Source of the DNA: Mytilus trossulus
Lineage: Eukaryota
Assembly (NCBI RefSeq): GCF_036588685.1
Contig: NC_086386.1
Coordinates: forward strand, 49,414,001 to 49,478,000
Reading direction: 5' to 3'
Length of the DNA stretch: 64,000 nucleotides
A program made the translations under genes and the position numbers. Under the pieces are notes generated by a model. It was not told the origin of the DNA and made no database searches. It saw nothing but the letters and a program-made list of their open reading frames with translations. Shown piece by piece: positions 38,301 through 50,300 of this stretch (the first letter of the stretch is position 1; every line of letters begins with the position of its first letter).

Positions 38301-41300
38301 TTTAGTTCCACTCCTGTAAATACAAATTAATATCATGATTGAAACAACTATTTAATGTCAGTCTTTGTGAGGTATAGTCTGTTCAACTTTTAACTATATT
38401 TACTCAGAGGTAGGGTGCCCATAAAACATAACTCACTACTGCTAAGAAAGGATTACAAGTTTGAACTTTGATATTAACTGGAACCTAGGTAATATTTCTG
38501 CATATTTTATTTATATTGAAAGCAATTTTTTATATATTGATTGAATGGAAAAGGAAAAGGAAAAGTAATAGTAAAATTATACCTTGTACTTTTCATTGCG
38601 CCACTAGACCTAGGACACAATATACAGGTAGGTTTGATTCCTAGAGCACAAGGTCTGCACAACCAACTACCTTCAGGGATTTTCTGTATACCATAACATG
38701 CCTGAAAATATGCATAAATTCATCAATAGAGTAGTTGTTAAATGATTGCAAAATGGGTTTTACATAAAAGTTAAACCATTCAATGGAAAAATTAACTTTA
38801 ATAGTCTAAATATGGAATTCCAAATATCATTTTTTCACAAAAATTAAAACAGAAGAACAAAACAAATTGAAATGAACAACAAATTTAGTTATCAAAGTCA
38901 GCTGATTTTATAGCAAAATTGGCACATATACAACAAAAAATTTCACAATAAGTATGCATAAACAATTATAAAACTTCAGTAGAAAGACAATTTTTCCAAA
39001 ACAGTTTCATAACACATTGCATAAATCAGCAAAAGTTAAAGGAATCTAATGGACATATTTGTAAAATGTCAACAGACGAAGCGTTCAAGCATAACTGATA
39101 CCTAATTAACAGAAGGCAGGTGCAAGGAATATGGACAGTTTACAGATTTAAGAATGTCTTCTTTAATGCATGAATAATGTATGACAAAGATTAACTACTT
39201 GTGAATTGCTGCTGAAGTTAATGAACTTTCTTCCTTACCTGATGAACACAAATATCACAGCCATCACAAAACACCATCTCATTACATTCTTCACTCTCAG
39301 GCTGTAAATTAAATCATAAAATATTTTACAAATAAATATAATTAAAATTTTCTAATCATGACATGCAAGATAAGATTTTATATAACTGAAATTTGAACTT
39401 CCTCAGGATGAACATGAATGTGTTGATAGAACATGTGTGCCCTGGTGCTTTGTAGAGAAGCTGCAAATGTCAATTTTCAAGTTTTTGTTTTAATTCATTA
39501 ATTAAACTCTGTTTACTTTATTCACTGAACTTTGGCTTATTGGTAAATGTCCCATTAATGATAGGATTAAAACCATTTCAAACGCAACTGAAAAGCAAGT
39601 TTTGATTATGTTTGCTGAGGAATACACTTAAAAGGTGTGCATTGATTATGTTTGCTGATGAATACACTTAAAGCTGATGAATACACTTAAAAGGTGTGCG
39701 AGTAGCATAATCAAAAAGTTCTTAGCTTGGCCAATAAATTTCTACAAGTAAGCACATATCATTAAAGTATCAGATTATGTTGAATGGACTTCTTATAAGT
39801 CATTATTTCAGACATCTTATATGTCATTATTTCAGACATCTTATATGTCATTATTTCAGACATCTTATATGTCATTATTTCAGACATCTTATATGTCATT
39901 ATTTCAGACATCTTATATGTCATTATTTCAGACATCTTATATGCCATTATTTCAGACACCTTATATGTCATTATTTCAGACACCTTATATGTCATTATTT
40001 CAGACATCTTATATGTCATTATTTCAGACATCTTAAATGTCATTATTTCAGACATCTTAAATGTCATTATTTCAGACATCTTATATGTCATTATTTCAGA
40101 CATCTTATATGTCATTATTTCAGACATCTTATATGTCATTATTTCAGACATCTTATATGTCATTATTTCAGACATCTTATATGTCATTATTTCAGACATC
40201 TTATATGCCATTATTTCAGACACCTTATATGTCATTATTTCAGACATCTTATATGTCATTATTTCAGACATCTTAAATGTCATTATTTCAGACATCTTAA
40301 ATGTCATTATTTCATACATCTTATATGTCATTATTTCAGACATCTTATATGTCATTATTTCAGACATCTTATATGTCATTATTTCAGACATCTTAAATGT
40401 CATTATTTCAGACATCTTAAATGTCATTATTTCAGACACCTTATATGTCATTATTTCAGACATCTTATATGTCATTATTTCAGACATCTTAAATGTCATT
40501 ATTTCAGACATCTTATATGTCATTATTTCAGACATCTTAAATGTCATTATTTCAGACATCTTATATGTCATTATTTCAGACATCTTAAATGTCATTATTT
40601 CAGACATCTTAAATGTCATTATTTCAGACATCTTAAATGTCATTATTTCAATGAAATACAAAGACAAACATGTATTTAAAGCATATTTTTTTCTCATTTA
40701 ATTTAATAACATCTACATGTCAAGAGTGAGAAAAAAACACCATCAACTGACACGGTGTATGGCATGAAAGCATTAAGTCTTTAGATGCAAATTTTCTGTG
40801 TTCCATTAAAAATGGACAGTTATACAACTTACAGATCTACACACTTCACAGACAATATCTTCATCATATTCTATTCCTAAGCCTTCTTCTGTCTTTTTCT
40901 TCTTCTCTGCTTGTTCATAATACTAAAAATATCATTAATAGATTTGTAATGTAATTTAATGAGGTAAACAAAAGATTTCAAACTGTTGTTCCCTGTATGT
41001 TGTACTGATAATTCTGAGATTTATAAAATTATTGGTGTAATCTTGAACACATTCAACACTTTTCATGCTGCAGGGCTAGAGCTGTATCATTGAAATACAT
41101 AATTATTTTACAATTAGACTTTGATAATAAAAAAAACCATTTTTTTTCCCTCTTTGATAGTAAAACATTTTTCCCAGTCATTAAAATTGTATCTTTTGAG
41201 AGAACAAAAGAATTAGAACATTTCTGAAAAAGAAGTATATCATAACCTGCAGACCAGTATTTATTGCAAAAAAAACATGTGTTAAATAAAGTTTCAATTC

Positions 41301-44300
41301 AAAATACCTGGTTTTCTAATCCTTCTATAACTCTTTCCATTATCCATTCATGAATATTTATCAATCCTGCAAAGTATTTTTTATAACATTAAATAATATT
41401 ATATATAACAATATAATATAAAGAAAATAATATTCGCTATACAACCAGTATTATATTTGCTTGTATAAATTTACAGCTTTGATTGGCATCTATAGATTGT
41501 TGAAGATTGCATTTATATAACACTTTTCAGACAATTTCTTCTCAACTACATAGATTTCAAATCATTCAATAATGAGCAAATTTTAACTTTTATATTTTTT
41601 TCCACTGTAGATTTTTAACAAGAATGTGCCCAAAGTACACGGATGCCCCAATGACACTATAATTTTCCATGTTCAATGGACGATGAAATTGGGTACAAAA
41701 TCTAATTTGGCATTAAAATTAGAAAGATCTTACCATATATATATAACTTTATTTCCTCTATTATAGAGATTTGGTGTACATGAAATATATAAATTACAAA
41801 ATTACAAAAAACAAAGAATTAAAGTCACTGTTTAAAGTTAATATGAGAAAAAATGAGCACTGTTTATAATATCGATAACGGACACATCTTCTATCGATTG
41901 TAGAAATCTCTGCAGATTTTTTCAACGTGACGAACACAAGTCTTAGAGAAAAAAGTTAATTCATCGTTTTCTAATTCATATGACGTATTGCAAGAGAGAA
42001 TTGTTGTTGTGAATTCATGTGCCGAAAGACTGTCCATAAAAACACTGAACTGAATGGGATTAATGTTAATAATGTCTTGCCATAAATCATCTCTTTTGTC
42101 TTGAATAAAATCACAGGATACTAGTAAGTGTTCAACGATATTCAGGAAGAACTTTCCACATTTGTCGCAAAGTAAATGTCCATCTTCATAACGTACTATA
42201 GAACATAAGTCAATAACATACTTGGCGGAGGCACGAAGTTCGGGAAACTGTTTCGCAATTGTCCATGCTTTATGCGGTTTGATTGCAGAATGAATACGTC
42301 TAAACATATAAAAGTCATTATCGCATGAAATTCGGTAAGACCACCATGTTTCTTCACTTGCGTTTATATTCTGATTTACAATAACTGACCAAAGTTTTTT
42401 TGATGGGAAAGAACCAGTATTTGCAAAATTGACAATATAATCTGTAATGTTATATTTTTCGGCTGCTTTATAGATGTCAGGTATAAAACCAAGTTGTTCT
42501 GGAACACATTTATGTTTGAATTCCATAAGTCTGCTTATCATTATTCGTTTTGGTAACGCAGAAGACTTTAACCTACACAGTCTACCAAAAAATAAAAGTT
42601 TACATCTGTTGATAATGCTTTCAACTGAAAACCAACCTAGAAGACTTGTACATTTATCAGAACGGGTTCGTTTTGGAAGTCCTTGAATGATTTTACACAC
42701 AAATCTGTGAGATCTTTCTAACATCGTAATTTCTGTTTGAGTCAAATTGTTCCATAACTCACAACCATATAGAGCTTTGCTGTAACAAATTTGAAGTATT
42801 ATCTTGGAACACGTCAAAGGGTTTAAAATTGATGGATGAATTCCAGAATTTAGAACTGAAAGAGCAGTTGATCGCAACACTCTACAAGCATTCAACGTCT
42901 GGTCCATTGATCTAAATTTACAGTTCAAAAGAATACCGACATGTTTGGCAGACGTCACGAGTGGTATGATGTCATTATATAAAGTTAGATTGCTTGAAAC
43001 ATTCTTGTTCTTCTTTGAATAATGTAAGACGTTGCTTTTGGTCGGAGAGAACTTGAATGCCCACTTCTCGCTATATGTCTGACACATGTTAATAAGGTGT
43101 TGCATTCCTTTTTCTGTTGTTGAGAGTAACGCAATGTCGTCGGCTTGAACAGAGCTGCTTACACTGATATCTAGAAGAACGCATCCCAATTTAGAATCTT
43201 CAATGTCACACAAAAGATCGTTTATGTATACTAAATATAACAGAGCTGATAAGACGCCACCTTGGCGAACGCCTCGTTTTAGTTCAAACCAACGAGATAG
43301 CCTACCATTGAACAGTACAGAACTACGCATCTCACTGTACATTTCATCTATGAGCAGCCATAAATCACCGGTAACTCCATATTTATGCAGTTTACATAAC
43401 AATGCATCATGCCATACAGTGTCGAAAGCTTTCGTGCTATCTAAAAGAACAACTATAACATCGCTGTTACGTTCAATGTAATGACGAATCGGTTCTTGTA
43501 AGTTAAATGAAGCGTGTATACTTGATAATTCCTTTTGGTATGCCATCTGAGATTGATGTGGAAACTTTATGTGCAAGGAGTCGAATCGAGGATAAAGAGA
43601 CTTTTCGAATATCTTAGCAATACAACTTGTTAACGATATACCGCGGTACGAATTGGGATCGGTTTTGTTTTTATGTCCACCTTTGAATAACGGTATTATT
43701 ACACTTGTTTTCCAATCTAGAGGAGTATAACGTGTTTGTATTATCAGGTTGAATAGATTGCATAAGTGTTTTTGCAATGTTTTACCACCATATTTTATAT
43801 GCTCATATGAAACGTTGTCTAAACCTGTAGATTTGTTGTTACATAAACATTTACAAATGTTGTAAATTTCTTCAAACTCAAATGGGTTGATTGGAACTTT
43901 GATTTCCTTCTGCGTTTGTCGTATTTTATTCACCTTAAGTTTTACCAAATTTATGTTTGCTGAGTTTGTTAACTTGCTATCAAACTGAAAAATGGATTCA
44001 AAATGGTCCGCCCATGCTTCGCATATTTCGCTTTCGTTTGTATGAGTTACTCCATTTAAATTTAGTTCACGACAAAAAGTTTTCTGTTTACGTCTGCTTT
44101 TTAAGACCGACCATACATATCTTTGATCATTGTCGATAGACTCTTCCATTCTGTTGGCAATGTTCATAATATGTTCGTTGTAAGCTTTATCCATTTCATT
44201 TCTGAAAGTCCGTTTTGCATGTTTGTAATCAGCAAAGAATTGATCGCTTCTATCGTGAACTTTTCCGTTCAGTATCCATAAACTGCGCTTATTTAGCATT

Positions 44301-47300
44301 GTTTTGTGTGATAGATCTACGACTTTCGTCCAATAAGGCTTTATATGTTTCACAAATTGCTTATGTGGGAGTGTTTCCTTGTCAGCTTTTTGAATAGCAA
44401 CTATAATAGTCTTATAGTAGAGCTCGATATCTTCTTTGGTCGCTGGTTGTGAAGGCATTTGAACAGACCATAAAAATTGTGAGACTGCAAATGAATAGTC
44501 GTTAACTGAATTCGTTTCTAACGCTTTGGTCCACGATACTTTGTCAGCCATAACACTTTCGTATAAGTTGTCACTATCAGCATGACATTGTTCAATTAGT
44601 AAAGTACACGCGATAGGCTTGTGATCAGAAACGTTAAAAATGCTTTCGTCTGGGACAAACACATTGTAAATATCTCGTGTATTTTCGTTATTTGTGACTA
44701 TGTGGTCTATCCCTGTTTTTGGACCATCCTCATAAGATTGAAATGTACATACCGGACCTTTGGCAAAGTCCTGAACATGTAATGATATACTGTTATTGTC
44801 AATAAGGAGACTTTCAAGAAGTTGACTACGACGATCCTGAGTAAACGAATATCGTGGTCCACCAATCTTGCAGTTGAAATCACCAAGAATAAACACCGTC
44901 CCATGATTCGAATACGATTTGTATATGTCCATTAAGTATTCAAGTTCATTAACAAATGCTTCGTTGGGTTGTGTAATTGCTGGTAAGTATATAGACAGAA
45001 AAAATATGCTAGGTAAATTAGGAAGTTTTAGTTCGATACCACATATCCTATTGCTATCAATGACTAATTCTGTGACATACGGAGATAAAGTTTTAGAGAC
45101 CATAATCGCAACACCACCACGGGCGCTAAAACTGTATTTTTCAGGGCAGTGTTCATCGGCGCATTTTCCAAATACTAAATAGTTTTGTTTATCGATTGAA
45201 TTAAGGAAGTGGAATTGTGATTTTCTCAGCCAGTGTTCAGATAAACAAATAACATCAATCTTATTATCATTTAAGAATTCTTGTAGATACGGTACTGCGG
45301 ACATAATTCCGCGACAGTTCCAACATGCTATGTTTAAAGACATTTATGGATGTTCGGTCTTTGAAGATAGAAAAACTGACCATGGAAGCCATTCTTTTAG
45401 AAAAATGCCTTCAGGCCAAAAAGAAGGATCCCGTATTAAGCTTTCACATTGAGCATCGATATTAAGTTGCGCAGAAGCTGTTCGTCGGTTTTGTTTATCA
45501 AAATATCTTAAATGTGTTACATTAACACCTCTTGCAGCGAGATATTCACGCATAGATTCTTCACATGAATTGTGTTTGTCGATACCACCTACGTAGAATC
45601 TGGATACACGGAGTCTTGTTTTTTTAACAAATCCACGAAAATTGTCAACAGTTGTGGGATTACACATGGAAGTTGGAAAATGCACTTGTATATTTGTATT
45701 TTGTTCATTTCCTGATATATTGTTGTTGGTGTTCTTGATTTTATTTTCTATTGAAGTAGACGGAGCTGGATTAACAACATTACTTTGTACATGTATGTCT
45801 TTGACTAAAACGGACAAATTCGAAACATCAGAGGATCTGACGTGTTTTGTGTGTGAGTCAACTAGAGAATTGGAATGTTCATTAATGGTATTCCTTTGAA
45901 TTGGCTTTGTGGACTGACTCAAATCGGATTCAATCACATTGTAATTATCTAATGCTTCAGCTGAAGCTGTAACTTGTTTAGATTTTGATTTTAGAATGTC
46001 TGCGTACGATTTTGTAGACTTGTCAAGGACTTTGACATCTTTCTCGGTGTTTATGATACGTTTTCGCAAATCACTAATTGACCTCGTGTGAGAACAACAA
46101 TCAATATTTACTTTTTTGAGTTCATCGTCAAATTCTTTCAGTTTATCACTCATGATGTTTGTTTTTGTTTTTAGACTGACAACGCCTTGCGCTCGTGTAT
46201 CACTTAGCTGGTTAATTCTACATGACTCAGATTTCACGCTTGAACGTAGTTCGTTAACGTCTAGTTTTACTGTTTTAAAGTCGTTTTTTATTTTGTTTAC
46301 ATCTGTCGTTAACTGTTGAATGCTGTTTTCGTATTCATCAAGTTTGTTTCGGAAAGTTCCTGAACTTTTTTCAATTTCTAATTTATTTGATTTGCAGATC
46401 ATTTCCGCTTCGTGTGTAACGACACTCATGTTGTTAACTGTTTTAGCTAGGTTTTCGTTGTTATCTCGTAAGGATGAAATTTGATTCTGAAAGTTCCGTA
46501 ACCGGTCATTGTTTTTCTGGTTAGCATTGACCAGTTGCTTGTTTTCTCGTACTAATACAGAGACGGTTTTATTCAGATATTCGATTTCCTGAGTGTAGTC
46601 GCCTTTCAATGTATTAATTTCTCTTTCTATGCGCACGAGAGTCTCTTTCAGACACAAGTTCTGAGAAAATTCGCTGGAATGTGTTTGGTTATTTTCATCT
46701 GCTGTAGATATTTTTCGGGCACTTTGTGTATGCGAACGAGTATTAAGTGTTAATCTTAAATCTTCCGTATATTCTCCGAGTGATGCTAAATAAAGCGCAT
46801 AGCAATCGCTACCAAGTTTGTTTTCAACTGATTCACCGTTAGGTTTTCTAGGATAAAGACGCTTTTTAAGAGTTGCATTCAGATATGGAAAGTTATGTTG
46901 ACATTTTGCAATTTCCAGAAGTGCGTAGCGAATGTCGTCAATTTCACAATGTGCGTTTTGGCATTTATCAATTAATTTAGACACAAAGCTGTCTTTAGGT
47001 AAGGATAAAAGTTCATCTTGGATAAATTTTATTATCGATTTTGTTATGCTTGTATCGTTGCTTATGTTGCTTGTGTTGGAAGGAACATCTATTATAATGT
47101 TTGTTTGTCTTTGTGACGAAAGAAGATCATCAAAAGGATCAAATTGACTATCTATAAAACTCGAGTGAACAAGTAGATCGCTGGGTCTAAGTTCCGTTAG
47201 ATTATTCATGATATATTAGATATGTTGTGAATCGCTGAAAACAGTTCACAGTGATCTGATTTTGAAAATCAATACATGTTTATGAAGTAATATCTGTTGA

Positions 47301-50300
47301 TGTTTTGAAATTCTTTTTATCAATATGGTGTTGTTGAATGTATGGAATGATCTCACCAAATTCTTGATCTTTGAAGATGTATGAAAACTGTCCTTTTCTA
47401 GAATAATAACAAGAGCACATTAACAACACGTCCTTCACTAAGGGACATAATCCAATGCCCCAATGACACTATAATTTTCCATGTTCAATGGACGATGAAA
47501 TTGGGTACAAAATCTAATTTGGCATTAAAATTAGAAAGATCTTACCATAGGAACATGTGATTTTAGTTTCAATTTGATTGGACTTCAACTTCATCAAAAA
47601 ATCCCTTGACCAAAAACTTTAACCTGAACTCACACTTTCATTTTCTATGTTAGGTGAACTGTGAAATTGGGGTTAAAAGTCTAATTTGGCTTTAAAATTA
47701 GAAAGATCATAAAGAACATGTGTACTAAGTTTCATGCTGATTGGACTTCAGATTCTTCAAAAACTACCTTGACCAAAAACTTAAACCTGAAGCAGGAGAT
47801 ACGGACGAACTATCGTAGGGGGGAAGGGGGCATGAAAAAAGTTATGCTTGAACTAATTGGCGATATCACCAATAAATAAAATTTTCCATCACATGTTTAT
47901 ATTTACCTAATCCTAATCTTTCTGCATTCATACTGTCTAACCAAGACACATCAAGGTCATCAAGATCATACCGTACAACTTGATCTGCTAACTGTTGCAT
48001 CCCTGTCAGCTCATGGTCACCTTGTTTATAGCTTTCATCTTTACAACTGTGTAATAGTTTTCTAGGCCTGAGATAAGTAAAGTCAAAATCAAACATAATA
48101 AAAAGAATGATTAATAATACCAAACAAAAGTTTTATCAGACTGTAAATATTGCGAATTTTTAAGAAAGGACAAACATGCACGATTAAAATTGCAATTTCA
48201 GGAAATCTGCATAGAGATTTTTGTATCATCTATATGAATGTGAGTTTATGCTATTGCAATACTCACCTAGTTGCAATATTTGCAATTATCAAAACCTTGC
48301 AATAGTTTTTGAATTTTTGAAAATACATTAATAACTTTGGCCTGTCAAAACTTACGTCGCATATATATTCATGCTGTTATGAATGCATAGAATGAATTTA
48401 AATGACACACACAAAATATGTTCTGACCAAACTTTGTAACCATAATACAATAGTTCATACAATGCTTCTTTATCAATAGATTTACCACTGAAAACCTTTT
48501 ATTAGTGTTTTCCCTGATATTCACCAGAAGATTTAGAAGTTATGAAGGTGAATTCTGAGACTCAACAATTTAAGCAATGATGATTCAACAGCAGGGAAAA
48601 ACGATTTCACAGTCTTAATCTATTATAGATTTGTTCAAGACTACCTTTCTTACCTCTATTACTACTTTTTACTAGAGTACTTACATTTTAAAATCTCCAG
48701 TTGTTTTTGCTTTTTCCCCATTCTCCCTGAAAAAAAAAGCAACTTTTATAATCAACATCTAATATAAGAATTAATAATTCATGTATTTATATACATTTTA
48801 AAAGTATGTGTGTCATGGTCAATTTGAACAAAATTTTATCCCACGATTTACATTTATTTTTCTAGCATGGTCTATTGCTTCTTGTGTATTATACATTAGT
48901 CCCATTTGTTCAAGACTACATGTTTGCAATCTGAATCCAGGCTTATCAGTGATGTATATGGGCCAAAAATAAAATATTGCTTGTTTCCCCAATCCAGACC
49001 AACTCGGCAAAAATGGTGCTACTGATAAAATGTTATTGTCACAACTATGTCAAATACTATTTTATTTATTTTTGGATTTTCAGGCTTGCTAGATTGTCCA
49101 CTAACGTTCAATCTTTTTGGAAAATAAAATCATTTCCCTACTTACCTACCCACACCTGGCTTGACAGGGTGGGGATTGGGGAAACAAACAATATATTAAT
49201 TTAGGCCTTATGCAATGTTTTGTATAAATCCTGAATATCACAGATGGCTCATTTAAAAGAACATTCAAAGATAGACTGTGTTAATTATATAATTTGCATG
49301 CTTAAAATTGAGATAATGACAATGATAGATAGCTGTTTAACAATCAGTTACATTCAAAAACAAGAATGTGTCCCCAGTACTCGGATGCCCCATCTGCACT
49401 GTTTAACAATCAGTTTCTTCCAAAAACAAGAACGTGTCCCCAGTACTCGGATGCCCCATCTGCATTGTTTAACAATCAGTTACATCCAAAAACAAGAATG
49501 TGTCCCCAGTACTCGGATGCCCTATCTGCACTGTTTAACAATCAGTTACATCCAAAAACAAGAATGTGTCCCCAGTACACGGATGCCCCATCTGCACTAT
49601 CATTTTCTATGTCCAGTGGACTGTGAAAAAAGGGGGAAAATCTCTAATTTGGCATTAAATTAGAAAGATCATATCATCCGGAACATGTATACTAAGTTTC
49701 AGTCTGCATGGTTAGCCACTAGTCCGATGCCCCAGACTAATAAAATTTCATTCTGACTAGTAAGTTTTTTGCAAAACCTTGTTTGAACAAATAAGAAACA
49801 TGTCAGGGTATTGTTCTTTGGACTAGTAGTTGATCAAGTTTTTGGTGCAGACTGCAGTTTCTGATTAGACTTCAACTTCATTACAAACTACCTCGACCAA
49901 GAACTTTAACCTGAAGCGGGTCAAAAAGACGGATAAACGAACGGACACACAGACCAGAAAACATAAAACCCATAAATTGGGCATAAAAAGCATGTTTTAA
50001 TATGGACAATAAGTTGTTAATGTAATATGTATATTAGCTGGTTTTATACAACACCTCGTGCTGAGATTGATTATTAACATACTTGTTTACAGGGTAGCAG
50101 TCTACAGGGAACCATGTTAACAAGACATTTAATTATGATTCTTGCCAAAAGCAGCAAATACCAATTTTTAAATCTTTGGTTTGCCACCTGCTAGGGGCAA
50201 ACATGATTTGGAGATGTGGTGAGGACTTCAATTACAATTGAAGACTAAATCCGAGAAAGAGATTATGATCAGGTATCAATTGATGAAATATTTTATTTTT

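Larger units (their letters stand above)
41738..47454 (-). mobile_element. Full-length, apparently intact non-LTR retrotransposon (APE-RT-CCHC; probably RTE-X/Proto2 group) in Jade coding intron 6
   Basis: Two uninterrupted ORFs. The 3' end has AATAAA (41748-41753) followed by a short (TA)n tail. Flanked by identical 95-bp direct repeats at 41643-41737 and 47455-47549. The clade is inferred from domain architecture only. Confidence 0.95.
41617..47838. mobile_element. Helentron-associated-like non-autonomous element interrupted by the LINE
   Basis: Starts aacaagaatgtgcccaaagtacacggatgcccc and resumes after the LINE with repeated core units, a degenerate (GACG)-type tract and a gggcatgaaaaaa end. 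Same family as 49557-49990. Confidence 0.6.

Noticed and set aside
39762-40697. 311-aa and 300-aa repetitive ORFs
   Set aside because: Artefacts of a 24-bp tandem repeat inside a Jade intron.
42474-47147. Several plus-strand ORFs antisense to the LINE (similar ones occur opposite the cGLR and Jade exons)
   Set aside because: Short shadow ORFs with no recognisable motifs.
41643-47549. LTR retrotransposon interpretation of the 95-bp direct repeats
   Set aside because: No TG..CA ends, protease or integrase. ORF2 is APE-RT, and the repeats match the host element sequence.
49244-49663. 139-aa ORF with 22-aa repeats
   Set aside because: Translation of the 66-bp junction repeat, antisense within a Jade intron.
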